Assembly: GCA_000165345.1 (NCBI GenBank)
Contig: CM000432.1
Location: 64,001 to 128,000 of the forward strand
Reading direction: 5' to 3'
Length of the DNA stretch: 64,000 nucleotides
A model generated the notes under the pieces. The model saw nothing but the letters and a program-made list of their open reading frames with translations. It was not told the DNA's origin and did no database searches. Below, in pieces: positions 40,416-51,899 of the stretch. Position numbers and translations under genes: made by a program. Numbering within the stretch: position 1 is the first letter of the stretch; each line of letters begins with the position of its first letter.

Positions 40416-43400
40416 ATGGGGGTTAAAGGTTTGTGGGACATTGTTGCTCCATCTGGAATAAGAGTTAAGCCAGAAACTTTAGAGGGACAAATATTGGCTA
40501 TAGATGCAAGTATTTGGCTAAAGCAATTTTTGATGGGATTAAAGGACAAAGAAGGAAAAATACCTCAAGGTGCGCATTTATTGGGTTTTTTTAAGAGACT
40601 ATGTAAACTATTATACTATGGTATATTACCAGTAATAGTTTTTGATGGAACTCCTCCAGATATTAAGAAGAGAACTTTGGAGTTAAGAAGAATGCAACGA
40701 GAAATGTCAGAAATTAATATGAGAAGAGTAGCAAATAAATTATTATTAAATACAATAAGACTAAGAGTTGCTAAAAAGGTTAAAGATAAGGTAAGAAAGA
40801 GGAAAGATAAAAAGCTCTCAGATGAAGAATATAAAAACCAAATTGATAATGGTGAGAGTGAGGAAGAAAAAGAAGAAGAACAAGTACAAGAACAAGAGGA
40901 AAGTGAGAGCGAGGAAATTAATCAATCAGCTACAATAAATGATAAAAATAAAGTTGAATACAAGAGTAAAAGAAAAGCTCACCATTCAATTCAAGAAAAA
41001 ATTAGTTTAACTCCCAAATTATTTTCTTCAGAAGATGAGAATAATATTACTGATGATGATGAAGATGTATATAATAGACCAAATCGTAAATTTAAGAAAT
41101 ATGGAAGATACCAACAAGTTCATCACTTAATCAATGAAACAGAAGAAAATTCAGAAGCACCAACAAGTTATTTTCCAGTAATGGGATTTTTGAGTGAGAG
41201 AAGAAGATTAGATGAAATGCCTGAAATAGATACAAATTTATTTTCAATGCCAATTCAAATTAGCTCAAGTCAAAAAATAGCTTCAAAAAAAATGACCAAA
41301 ATTGAAGATTTAAATGCATTTCTCAGAGCAACTGAATCAAGCAATGATGAAAGAAGATTAATGGATCTACCATTAGATACAGAAATAGATCCACAAGTAT
41401 TTGAGCAATTAAACTCAAAACTTCAATATGAAATTTTGATCCAACTTAGAGATGCTTGGATTAATGCATTAAGAAGTAATGCTGTTGATACTAAAGATAA
41501 TATGAGTCAGTTTAGTAATTCTCAGATTGAGTGTTATTTGAGATATTTGAGAATTAATCAAGAAATAGAGAGATTAAAGGTGAGAATGGCTAAAGAATGT
41601 GAAGAAGAGCAAATGGAATCAGTTAATGAAGAAATTAAAGTTGTTGAATATGGTCAAATTTATGATCCTGACAATAATGATTTTAATAATAATATTCAAG
41701 ATTGTTCATCTTCTAGTATATTTGAAGATCAAAGTAAAGAAACTATCAATGAAGAATTTAATATTGATCTTAATATAGATGATTCTACATTTACTGGTAA
41801 AATTATTAACTTTTCAAAGAAAATTGGTATGGATAATAAAGATATTGATACATTTAATCGTAATGATACATTATTAAGTAGTGATACATTATCAATGAAA
41901 GGATATCATAATTTATCTAAAATTACAAAAAAAGAAAGAATTAAATTTCTTCAAAGTACTGATTACACAAAAAATGATAATATTGTATCCAATCCACTAA
42001 ATACTCCATTATTTGAACTTGAGAAACTTTTGAATAACGAAAATATACAAGAAAGTCAAATTCAAAATAAAGTAAACAATACCTTTAATGATATTAATGA
42101 TATTGAAAGACTTGAATTATTAAAAGAAAATGTGGATGAATTGTTTAAAATTAATGAACCAATTCAAAAATTTGAAGAAAAAGATGATGGATTTATTGTA
42201 GATATTGAGAATCGAGTTTATCAAAATGAAGATGATAAAGAAGTGAATAAGAAAGATGATTTTGGTAATGAAGGTTTTGATGATAGTTGTGATGATGATG
42301 ATGATGATGATTGGCAAGACATTGAATGGGAAAGTGCTAACACAATTCTTACTAAACCACAAGAAAATAATTTTGATTCTTTACAAGTTATTAAAAGTAT
42401 TATTCTTTCTAATGATTTAGTTTCCAATATTGAGCCAAAACTCGATAGTATTTTGGGATTAGAAAAGATTGAAGAAAATGATGAATCAAAACAAGAACAA
42501 GTTATTTTAATCGACTCTGAGGAAATTAAAGAACAAAAAAATGATATATATTTGATTGAAGATTCAGGCAAACATGAAGATGGCTTTAAAAAAACGGAAG
42601 TTGGTCAATTCGAAGGTCAAATACAAGATTTGGAACCAGAAAAAGAACAGGAACAAGAGCACCAATCAGAACAGGAACCAGAACAAGAACCAGAACAAGA
42701 ACTAGAACATGAACCTGACCAAGATCAAGATCAAGAACAAAAACCAGAACAAGAACCCGAGCGCCAACCAGAACTTGAGCAAGAACCAGAACCTGATCAA
42801 AAACAAGAACACCAACCAGAACCCGACCTAGAACCAGAACTATTAGACTATTCCTATTTGGAGGATATTAAAGAAATCATCCAAAAGGAAGATGAACAAA
42901 TCATGGACATGAACCTTTTTAGTGACCATTATGCAATATATGACAAAAATTTGGATGAAATTCTTTTTGAATTGGAAAAAGAACAAGAAGAATTAAGCTT
43001 AGAATTTACTAAGCATGATATCATTTTGAATTCTGAAATAACAAAAGAAATGCAATATCAAATATGTCTGCTTTTAAAAGCTCTTGGAATTCCTTGGATT
43101 GATTCACCAGGTGAAGCAGAAGCTCAAGCTTCTATTTTAACTCAATTAAATATTTGTCATGGTGTATTATCTGATGATTCTGATTGCTTAATTTTCGGAG
43201 CAAAAAAAATCTTTCGTAATTTCTTTTCTGGAAATAGTGTTGAAATGTATGATCTAAATCAAGTTAAAAAGTATCTTGGAATTGAAAAACAAGAACAATT
43301 CTATATTCTAGCAATCTTACTTGGTTGTGATTATACTGTTGGAGTTAATGGAATTGGACCAGTTAATGCTGTTGAAGTACTTAAAGCATATCCTGAACTT

Positions 43401-43859
43401 GAAGATATGATTTTATTCCAAAATTGGTCAATGAATAAGTTTCAAGATAAAAGTAATGATCTAATTAATGATACTTTTGAAAGAGCTGAATTTAAAAGAA
43501 ATCATTCCAATTATAGACACTCTTGGGTATTTCCTCCAGATTTCCCATGCTTTGATGCAATTCATGCAATGAAAAATCCAAATATTATTTCAAATTTTAA
43601 ACCAACCTTTGGTAAAATTGATAAAAATTCAACTATTGAATTAATTACAAATAATACAAATCTAACTCATGAAAAAGTATCTCTAATTATTGATCCAATC
43701 ATTAAAAATCAAAATAATAAATACAAACAAACAAAAATTGATGAATTCTTAATTCAAAATCAATCTATTAAATTTAATCATCATCATATTCAAAAAGATG
43801 AAAAAGTTGCATCCATTATTTCTAAAAGAATGAAAAAGGCTCTAAATCATCTCAAGTAA
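40416..43859 (+). CDS. XPG/Rad2 (ERCC5)-family structure-specific nuclease.
   Basis: XPG-N domain at the start (MGVKGLWDIVAPSG...IDASIWLKQF...VFDGTPPDIKKRTLELRR). A long acidic spacer with a tandem EQEPEQEP repeat. XPG-I and H3TH domains near the C-terminus (LLKALGIPWIDSPGEAEAQASILTQ...DSDCLIFGA...ILLGCDYTVGVNGIGPVNAVEVL). Confidence 0.75.
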   Translation: MGVKGLWDIVAPSGIRVKPETLEGQILAIDASIWLKQFLMGLKDKEGKIPQGAHLLGFFKRLCKLLYYGILPVIVFDGTPPDIKKRTLELRRMQREMSEINMRRVANKLLLNTIRLRVAKKVKDKVRKRKDKKLSDEEYKNQIDNGESEEEKEEEQVQEQEESESEEINQSATINDKNKVEYKSKRKAHHSIQEKISLTPKLFSSEDENNITDDDEDVYNRPNRKFKKYGRYQQVHHLINETEENSEAPTSYFPVMGFLSERRRLDEMPEIDTNLFSMPIQISSSQKIASKKMTKIEDLNAFLRATESSNDERRLMDLPLDTEIDPQVFEQLNSKLQYEILIQLRDAWINALRSNAVDTKDNMSQFSNSQIECYLRYLRINQEIERLKVRMAKECEEEQMESVNEEIKVVEYGQIYDPDNNDFNNNIQDCSSSSIFEDQSKETINEEFNIDLNIDDSTFTGKIINFSKKIGMDNKDIDTFNRNDTLLSSDTLSMKGYHNLSKITKKERIKFLQSTDYTKNDNIVSNPLNTPLFELEKLLNNENIQESQIQNKVNNTFNDINDIERLELLKENVDELFKINEPIQKFEEKDDGFIVDIENRVYQNEDDKEVNKKDDFGNEGFDDSCDDDDDDDWQDIEWESANTILTKPQENNFDSLQVIKSIILSNDLVSNIEPKLDSILGLEKIEENDESKQEQVILIDSEEIKEQKNDIYLIEDSGKHEDGFKKTEVGQFEGQIQDLEPEKEQEQEHQSEQEPEQEPEQELEHEPDQDQDQEQKPEQEPERQPELEQEPEPDQKQEHQPEPDLEPELLDYSYLEDIKEIIQKEDEQIMDMNLFSDHYAIYDKNLDEILFELEKEQEELSLEFTKHDIILNSEITKEMQYQICLLLKALGIPWIDSPGEAEAQASILTQLNICHGVLSDDSDCLIFGAKKIFRNFFSGNSVEMYDLNQVKKYLGIEKQEQFYILAILLGCDYTVGVNGIGPVNAVEVLKAYPELEDMILFQNWSMNKFQDKSNDLINDTFERAEFKRNHSNYRHSWVFPPDFPCFDAIHAMKNPNIISNFKPTFGKIDKNSTIELITNNTNLTHEKVSLIIDPIIKNQNNKYKQTKIDEFLIQNQSIKFNHHHIQKDEKVASIISKRMKKALNHLK
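42640..42850 (+). repeat. In-frame tandem hexa/octapeptide repeat (EQEPEQEP / EPEQEL...) inside the XPG spacer region.
   Basis: Repeating gaacaagaaccagaacaa units; translation EQEQEHQSEQEPEQEPEQELEHEPDQDQDQEQKPEQEPERQPELEQEPEPDQ. Confidence 0.85.
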
Positions 43860-46800
43860 AGTAAGTTGGTCTTCCTTTATAAGTATCTAAAATCTCCAAT
43901 TGATACTGATTAAATTTATGTTTATGAATAAAGTTCCACCCATCTTGATGAGTTTTAAAGAATTCTTGAATACATTCCTGAATTTGTTTTTTTAATATTT
44001 GAGAAATATTCCTATTACCACTATAATTTGCTAAGAAAGTTATTGTCTCTGGAAGCCAAAATGGAATATCATATGGATGACTTAATATTATTGAAATAAG
44101 TCCTAGTACTCCAGCTCTATTATATCTTTCATTATTTTTACTAATATTATTCTCACTTGATTGAGATTGAGTTTTATCTTCTATTAAAGAAAATATATCT
44201 TCCAAATTATTGAAATTTATTAATTTCAAAATCTTCATTTCATCAAGATTATTATTATTATTCACTTTTTCCATTCTATTAATCCATATTTTGAACAATC
44301 TAATATAATTAATACATCTTGAATTATTTAAAGCTCTAAATAAAGTGCATAAAGCTAATTTTGAAATATATTTTATTTCTGATTGATCTTCAAATAATCC
44401 ACTTATTATATTATTTATTATATCCAATTCAATTCTTGTTCCATTTAATAATGGAGAATAAAATTCACCAATTATTGTATTTAATCTTATTTTAAATAAT
44501 CTATTCTTATAATTATTGAAATCTAATCCTTTTATATTATTCACAATATTATCCAATCTATCCATTATTGGAATTTCATTATGATTTAATTGAGTAATTA
44601 ATAATGACATTAAAGATCCATAAGAAAGTCCAAGTATATCATTATTATTACCACTAATTATTTGTAATCTATTAATCAAATTTAAAATATCATTAAATGG
44701 AATCATTTCTTCTATTATTAATTCTGATCTTCTACTTGAATATAAATCTCTAAGTAAACAATAATATAATATTACTTCCGAATTTGAAATAATCTTGGAA
44801 TCTATATGGTTATTATTACTCTTTTTATTATGATCTATCATTTCTTCTTCTTTTATTATTATATTATTTAAATTATTTAATTCATTATTTAATTTTAACA
44901 TAATTAATTTAAATTCTTGAATTAAATTATCTCTTAAAGATCTTTCCAAATCATTTCTATATTTTGAATAAATTAAATTACTTGCAATTATTAAAGAATG
45001 AAGCATATTTGACATTTCTTCTCTTAATTGTTTATAATTATTATCCTTTTTTAACATTAAATTAAAAATATTTAAACCATTCTTGAGATAATCTTTAACT
45101 TTCTCTGAAACTTGGAGATTATTATCATTCATTATTAATTCAGTTAAACCACTTTGATAAATTCTTAAATACTTTATCATTTCAAATGTTGATAAATCAT
45201 TATTATCTTCAATAATTATATTATTATCTTCATTATCCACCATTTTTGAATATTTGAATGGATTTAAAATAAAATTTAATAATATATTTAAAGTTGAATT
45301 ATTATCCATCAAATTTGAATTAAAAGATGAATAATATAATAATAAATCATTTTCTAATTCTTTTCTTCTTATTGATTTATTACTACTATTATTACTGTTG
45401 TTATTATTAATATTATTATCATTATCATTATTGTCAAAGTAATAATAATAACTTAAGTTCTGTCTAATTACTGGAGTTAATGAATGCTTAATAAAATCCA
45501 TATAATTGAAAATAAAATCTTGATCACTTTGTTGAAATTCACTATATAAGATTTGTATCAATTTCTTTCTATTCAAATTGTTATTATTTGAAATAAAATT
45601 ATCCATATCTTTTGAAATTGTTGAAATTGAAAAAATTGAAGATAAGATCTCCAATATTAATATATGTTTTTCTTTCTCTAAATTCATTATACTATTATTA
45701 CACCATTCTTGTAATACTTCCAAAATTAATTCAATCTTATTATTACTATAATTCAAATCTTTACTTTCAAATTTTGTTTTTATCATAAATAAAAGTAATT
45801 GGAAAAATATTATACTTACAATTGATAAATTATTTGAATAACATTTAAAACGATGATATGGAAATGAATTCATTATTGATGTATAATTCAAAATCAAATT
45901 ATTGATTGTTATACTAACATTTGTTGAATTCATTATCTTTCTTTCTGTTCTTGAAGTAATAATACTTGTTTGACTTGAATTTGGATGATTATTAGATATT
46001 TGATGACGATAAACTGTAATATTGACCATATTTTCTAATAAATTTCGTATCTTATGATCTTCATCAATAAAATTTGATTCTTTCATAATTAATTCAACAA
46101 GAAATTGTTTATCATTTTCATAAAGTTTCTTAAATAATGTTGTTAAATTAAAGAAAATCATTGAATAAAAGCTAGTATTATTAGATTTATCAATATCCAA
46201 AAATATATCCCATAAGTAATTCCAATAATTTGAAATTAACATTCTGATAGATTTTAATTCATCTTTAAATTCATCTCTTTTGAATTGAGATATAAATGTA
46301 ACTAAAACTCCTTGTATAAATATTAAAGTTATAAGTGATCTTCTTATTAGTGAATTATTAATCAATAATTCATTTCTCATATCATTCAAATTACTTAATA
46401 GAATTTTGATTGAATTAACAATATAATTAATATTGTAATTTTCTGATTCCATATAATTCAAATTAATTCTTGAAATCAGTTCTAAATTATCATCAATATT
46501 ATTATTATTATTATTATTATTTTGGGATTGACTAAACAATTTAATAAGCTTATCAAGTTTAATTTCCAAATTATTTCTGTATTTTTCAACTTTATGATTA
46601 TTTAAACCAATATTATTGGATAAATATTGGAATAATAAATTATCAAAATCTCGATTACTAATTATATGATTTAATCCATTAAATAATCTTACAGGAATAT
46701 TTTCCTTACTTAATTTAAAAGATGATGAGTAAGATATGATATTAATAAATTGAATTAATAAATCAAAATTATTCCATAGAAAACGATGATATGTTGAATT

Positions 46801-49800
46801 ATTAACAATAATATAAGAAAATCCAGATAAATGATTAAATAGAAACTCTTCCATTGGATCAAGCTTATTATCAGAATAGTTCTGAAAAGTTGATTTAACA
46901 TAATCTATGTTAGATCTTAAAATTGTTTCAAAAGTTGGATAATTAAGATCTTCTTGAACAATTTGAATTTGATTCTTTGTAATTTGAGATATAATACAAT
47001 CTGATAATTGATCATATTTCTTATATATAAAGATTGAGAAATATACTTCAAATAAAATGAACTGTAATACATTATTTCTAGAAGAAATATGAGAATTAAT
47101 AGATTCTTTTAAAGTTGTTTGAGCAGATTTTCTAATTACATTATAATTACCCAAACTAAATAATGTAATTAAATAAATCAATTTTCTTCGATATCCATAA
47201 AATCCATATTCATGTCTTCTCATATTAATTCTTTTATTCCAATAATATTGTATATTCTTAAGCCAAAAGATTTTTGGAGAATTTATTAAGCTTGATTGAT
47301 GATATAATCCATTTGTATATGATAACCAAGCTAAAACTGAATCTGAAAAATCAATATTGTAAAGAGAAGATAATGATAAGTTACTAGAAGATGAGTAATA
47401 ATGGTTCAAACATTGATTAATAGTTTTAATAACTTTTGATTTGAATCTGATTTCTTCAGTATTAGTAATATTGACCAAAGGATTTGATAATTTATAATAT
47501 GTATTAGTATTAGTGACTTGTAAATTACTTGACTTGTTTTGATCAATAAGATCAAACATTTCATCTTCTTGTTTCATATTGTATTCAAGATTGGTTACTT
47601 CAAGCATTTGTATACCGGTAAATACTTGTACTAGAAACAGAACTAAACGATAAGTATCAGAATAATACTTTGAAAAGAATGGTTCAAATTCTTGAAAGTT
47701 TTCTTGATTCAAAGTTAATAATAATAATTGTTGATTATTATTAAATTCAGTTTTTTTTTGAAATATTGAAGAATCATTTCTTACAATTGGTAATATATAA
47801 GATACTGATTTATTTAAAATACGAAGATTATTTAAACAAAATGATACAGTACCAATAATATCAAGATTAACTGATTGTTTATTAGTTTCATCATTTCTTT
47901 GAATTATATTAAGTAAAATCTGAAAATTTATTGAATTGTCTTGATCTTTAGGAATCTTTTCATCTTGAGTAAGGAAATTATCAATAGAATCTTTAAAAAT
48001 TTGTAAATATTCCTGATATAAGTTATCCAATAAATTAGAAATCCCAGAACTAGTAGATTCTATTTGAATAATTTTTTTCAAAAGCTTGATAATAAACAAA
48101 TAATTGAAAATGATTAAAGACTTAACTTCAAGTAAACATTTTCTGTGAGGTATAAACCAAATAGGTTTTTGAACATGATTAAGAATAGATTTTTCTTGTA
48201 CATAAAATGGAAGTCCCCAAAGAATTATTCCTTTTACAATAGAATCAGAACTCTTTAAAACTGGAACTAAACATGAATCTTTATAATCAACAATTTGTAT
48301 ATGTATTAAAGATTCAATAAATCTTTGTTCTAATTTAAGTCCAGCTCTCTTAATTTTTCTTCTAGAATCAGAAAGAAGTTCAATAATTAATGAATAGATT
48401 CCAAAATAGTAGACTCTATTTTCGTTCTTTAATAGGTGATTTTGAGTATATCTGATTAAACTTGAAACCAAGTTAATATAATACAATATAAAGGATTCAT
48501 CCTCAGATTCCAAACTATTTTTATTGTTAATGAATTTTATCCCATTAAATTGTTCTTGTATGAAAGAATTATCATGATTGATGTTTTGAGTATATTCTGA
48601 GCCAGCTTTAACCTTTAATAATAATTTTGAAAGAATAAACTCAAAAGAAAGACTTGGATCACATGATCCCATTGCAGAAAGTATCTTAGAAAGATGTTTG
48701 TAGTTGTCAGGAATATAGTTATTAGAAATCCAATTACCAATCATTTCATAACAATCTCTTAAAAGTTGATTATATCCCAGTTGTTTACATTTAGTGAAAA
48801 TACTAATAATTAAAGCTCTTAAAGCATAAGAAATTCCAAGATCAACAGAGGATGAATAACTTGCAGTTTCTGAAGGTTTAACAACATTTTCCAAAAGGTT
48901 TAAAACTCGTTCTAAAAATTCAAAAATCCAATATCCAAAAAATGAATCAATCAAAAGTTTTCTTTGTTCAAATTTTTCCATCAAAGTTTCTTTATCGAAT
49001 TTACCATTAAAAATAAAGTAAAAGTTTTTCTTAATATCCTCATCAAGAAGAAAATTATAATCTCCTTCCATATTATTTTTAAAATAAAAGTTTAAAGGTG
49101 ATTGTCCATAAATATCAGTTTGGTCTAGAATAACTTTTGGAATTTCTTTTCTATTTTGTAAAGATTTGTCAGAAAGTGGAATTATATCTTTTGGATAATT
49201 ATAAAGTGAATAGTAGCTCTTTAAATTTTCAATTTCTTGAGAATTATTTTCCATACATAAGGAAAGTTTCTCGATTGCTTCGTATTCATCAAAATCCAAA
49301 GCTTCAACTTGATAATTTTGTAAGTTATAGAATAAAACTGTTAAGAAAAACAATGTTTGATTGATTTTCATAGGATCAGAAATATCTATTCCTTGTAGTG
49401 AAACTTGCAGAAATTTTGGTAATTCTTGTGGAGTAAATTGGATTACCAATGGAACAATAGTTGCTAAAATTCTAAAAGCAATATAAACTTGGTGAGTTTC
49501 AGTATCTCCTTCTAATGCTGGCATTATTTTAATATTTAATAAAAATGATAATAAAATATCAGGTAGAATGTATGTCCATCTTTTTAGAGAATCTTCATAT
49601 CTGCTTGCAGCCTGAATATCTTTACTATAAATTCCTTGTTCCATTAGTGGAAATAAAATGGTCATCAAATATTCATCATCAAATCTACATAGACTCACTT
49701 TTTGAATATATTCCTTTTCTATTTGACTAATTTTTTCTGATTTAATAATCACTCTTTCTCTGTATATCCTTTTGCAATATTGGTATGTTAAAGCCTGAAC

Positions 49801-51123
49801 AAAAATAGAAATTCCATGTGACCATTTTCCGATATTTGAAGGATGGTTAAGTGGGTAGACAATATTAACCAAATTAATCAAAGAATTTGGGATTAATTTA
49901 ACATGTTCAACAATTTCTTGATTGCAATCTGAAATCTTCTGATTCTCAATATCATGTAAACAATTTAATGATTTAATCAGATGAATGAAAATAATTGCAA
50001 ACTTGTTAAATACATTTACAGGTTTAATTGTTAAAGCTGATAATAATTCGCTTGATATAATTTCTTTAATAATAGATGGAGCTTTAGTCTGTAATACTTG
50101 GGAATTAGATGTTCCAGAAGAAACTGAAGAATTACTAGAAGTTGCACCTGTGTTAATAGAATTTGGCACTACATTATGTAGAATGGGTATTCCCAGATTA
50201 ATATATAATACCTCAAATAAATACGGAATTCTTTTATATAAACCATCTAAACTCTTACCAATTTTCCAAGAGTATCTTACTCCCCTAGAAATGACTGCTA
50301 TCATAGCAGAATCCCAGTGATTTATAAGCTGTCCATTCAAAATTTCCCAAATTTCAAAGATTCTCTCAGAACTCAAAAGTTTATATGAACAATACGGACT
50401 GCAAATTAGGACAAATAATTTTGAATAAACAAAAAATGAAAAATTGCTCGTATTCAAGGATAGCCATTTACTAAGAAATCTTTCCAATTCAACTTCTCCA
50501 ATATAAGGATTATATGCATTCAAAATTCTTGAAAGACTAGAAACATAATTTCTAACCTTTTGAGAATTTGTTATTGGTCCGTCCAAGTAATCCCTAGTGA
50601 ATTCTTCTTCAATTGTATTAATAATATACTCAAAATCGATTAATCCACAGATACAATTTTTATCTTTATTTCTTCCTTGTTCTTCAAGAGCCTCATTTTG
50701 GCAATTGCATTTAAAGTCAGCTTCCGTAGTATTATTTTCAAGATCTATTTGGGAAACAAATTCACTATGCCACCATGGTCTCAAATATAACTTCTTATAA
50801 TAATTAATATGTGAGGCTAAAATATTAGCAAATCTTATTTTTGTGCTCATTGGGACTTGTTCATTCTTTATAATATTCCATATGTTTTGAATAATGTTAA
50901 TTCTTTCGCTTCTTTTAACAAATCTAATAAAAACCAAATCTTCAAATTGATTTAGCTGCTTAATTAATCTTGCTAAACTTTGCATTGAATTAATGCTAAA
51001 TAATTGATCATTCTTAAAAAGTTCGAATATCTCCTCTACTGCCTCCCTAGTTTCTCTCCTTTTTACATCATCGTCAATAAATTCTGGAAAAAAGTCCTTA
51101 TAATCTATAGTTTTCTCAAACAT
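43852..51123 (-). CDS. Proteasome activator PA200/Blm10-like HEAT/ARM-repeat protein (2423 aa).
   Basis: Giant alpha-solenoid protein. Extreme C-terminus ...FFKTHQDGWNFIHKHKFNQYQLEILDTYKGRPTYFT resembles the conserved Blm10/PA200 C-terminal block (F..TH.D.W...K..F...QL..L.DL...YYA) whose last residues insert into the 20S alpha ring. Asn-rich insertions encoded by (AAT)n. Confidence 0.45.
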   Translation of the reverse strand: MFEKTIDYKDFFPEFIDDDVKRRETREAVEEIFELFKNDQLFSINSMQSLARLIKQLNQFEDLVFIRFVKRSERINIIQNIWNIIKNEQVPMSTKIRFANILASHINYYKKLYLRPWWHSEFVSQIDLENNTTEADFKCNCQNEALEEQGRNKDKNCICGLIDFEYIINTIEEEFTRDYLDGPITNSQKVRNYVSSLSRILNAYNPYIGEVELERFLSKWLSLNTSNFSFFVYSKLFVLICSPYCSYKLLSSERIFEIWEILNGQLINHWDSAMIAVISRGVRYSWKIGKSLDGLYKRIPYLFEVLYINLGIPILHNVVPNSINTGATSSNSSVSSGTSNSQVLQTKAPSIIKEIISSELLSALTIKPVNVFNKFAIIFIHLIKSLNCLHDIENQKISDCNQEIVEHVKLIPNSLINLVNIVYPLNHPSNIGKWSHGISIFVQALTYQYCKRIYRERVIIKSEKISQIEKEYIQKVSLCRFDDEYLMTILFPLMEQGIYSKDIQAASRYEDSLKRWTYILPDILLSFLLNIKIMPALEGDTETHQVYIAFRILATIVPLVIQFTPQELPKFLQVSLQGIDISDPMKINQTLFFLTVLFYNLQNYQVEALDFDEYEAIEKLSLCMENNSQEIENLKSYYSLYNYPKDIIPLSDKSLQNRKEIPKVILDQTDIYGQSPLNFYFKNNMEGDYNFLLDEDIKKNFYFIFNGKFDKETLMEKFEQRKLLIDSFFGYWIFEFLERVLNLLENVVKPSETASYSSSVDLGISYALRALIISIFTKCKQLGYNQLLRDCYEMIGNWISNNYIPDNYKHLSKILSAMGSCDPSLSFEFILSKLLLKVKAGSEYTQNINHDNSFIQEQFNGIKFINNKNSLESEDESFILYYINLVSSLIRYTQNHLLKNENRVYYFGIYSLIIELLSDSRRKIKRAGLKLEQRFIESLIHIQIVDYKDSCLVPVLKSSDSIVKGIILWGLPFYVQEKSILNHVQKPIWFIPHRKCLLEVKSLIIFNYLFIIKLLKKIIQIESTSSGISNLLDNLYQEYLQIFKDSIDNFLTQDEKIPKDQDNSINFQILLNIIQRNDETNKQSVNLDIIGTVSFCLNNLRILNKSVSYILPIVRNDSSIFQKKTEFNNNQQLLLLTLNQENFQEFEPFFSKYYSDTYRLVLFLVQVFTGIQMLEVTNLEYNMKQEDEMFDLIDQNKSSNLQVTNTNTYYKLSNPLVNITNTEEIRFKSKVIKTINQCLNHYYSSSSNLSLSSLYNIDFSDSVLAWLSYTNGLYHQSSLINSPKIFWLKNIQYYWNKRINMRRHEYGFYGYRRKLIYLITLFSLGNYNVIRKSAQTTLKESINSHISSRNNVLQFILFEVYFSIFIYKKYDQLSDCIISQITKNQIQIVQEDLNYPTFETILRSNIDYVKSTFQNYSDNKLDPMEEFLFNHLSGFSYIIVNNSTYHRFLWNNFDLLIQFINIISYSSSFKLSKENIPVRLFNGLNHIISNRDFDNLLFQYLSNNIGLNNHKVEKYRNNLEIKLDKLIKLFSQSQNNNNNNNNIDDNLELISRINLNYMESENYNINYIVNSIKILLSNLNDMRNELLINNSLIRRSLITLIFIQGVLVTFISQFKRDEFKDELKSIRMLISNYWNYLWDIFLDIDKSNNTSFYSMIFFNLTTLFKKLYENDKQFLVELIMKESNFIDEDHKIRNLLENMVNITVYRHQISNNHPNSSQTSIITSRTERKIMNSTNVSITINNLILNYTSIMNSFPYHRFKCYSNNLSIVSIIFFQLLLFMIKTKFESKDLNYSNNKIELILEVLQEWCNNSIMNLEKEKHILILEILSSIFSISTISKDMDNFISNNNNLNRKKLIQILYSEFQQSDQDFIFNYMDFIKHSLTPVIRQNLSYYYYFDNNDNDNNINNNNSNNSSNKSIRRKELENDLLLYYSSFNSNLMDNNSTLNILLNFILNPFKYSKMVDNEDNNIIIEDNNDLSTFEMIKYLRIYQSGLTELIMNDNNLQVSEKVKDYLKNGLNIFNLMLKKDNNYKQLREEMSNMLHSLIIASNLIYSKYRNDLERSLRDNLIQEFKLIMLKLNNELNNLNNIIIKEEEMIDHNKKSNNNHIDSKIISNSEVILYYCLLRDLYSSRRSELIIEEMIPFNDILNLINRLQIISGNNNDILGLSYGSLMSLLITQLNHNEIPIMDRLDNIVNNIKGLDFNNYKNRLFKIRLNTIIGEFYSPLLNGTRIELDIINNIISGLFEDQSEIKYISKLALCTLFRALNNSRCINYIRLFKIWINRMEKVNNNNNLDEMKILKLINFNNLEDIFSLIEDKTQSQSSENNISKNNERYNRAGVLGLISIILSHPYDIPFWLPETITFLANYSGNRNISQILKKQIQECIQEFFKTHQDGWNFIHKHKFNQYQLEILDTYKGRPTYFT

Positions 51124-51863
51124 CTTTTCCTTTATTTCTTAAACTAATATTTCTCACTGATTAAATTCTATTTTACTGTAACCTTTTTTATTTATGATAA
51201 TTAAAAACTTTAAAAAGAAAATACATATATGTTTAATAATATATATATTACATACGTAAATACATACTTGTTAGTAAATTATTTCCAAGACAAATTAGAG
51301 AATAAAATCCATTCATCCAATTACTGAATTAATATTCACAAAGTCCCACTTACAATTTACCATATATATCCTGAAAGTCTTCTTTATAAAGAAAATATAT
51401 TATTTATTACTAAATTTCTTTTTTTATTCACACCCCGAGGGTATAAACCTATTAACCGCCTGGCGCCACAGTCTTTAATTATCATTTTTTTTTATTATTT
51501 CTTGATTTTCATTTTTTCTTTCCTTTTTTGGCTTTGTGTCAATTTATCCTTTAATCAATTCAAATTTCTGTATAATGTTGAAAATTGTGCTCTTTATTTA
51601 TTCTATTCTATATTATATTTTCCTTCCAATATTTTTGCATGTGGACAATACTTGCATGCATGTTTGCAGTTAATTTATTGTATAAATTACGTGTCAAAAA
51701 TAGTAATTATATACTTATTTTTCAAATTTATGATTAATTAAGTAGTTAAAAATAATTAATATTATTTTAGTAATAATTCGAAGCATTAATTTTAATTGGG
51801 TTAATATAAATAAAACAAGTATAAATTTTACTTATACTAACTAAAACATTTAACTATGAGATC

Positions 51864-51899
<36 letters not shown>

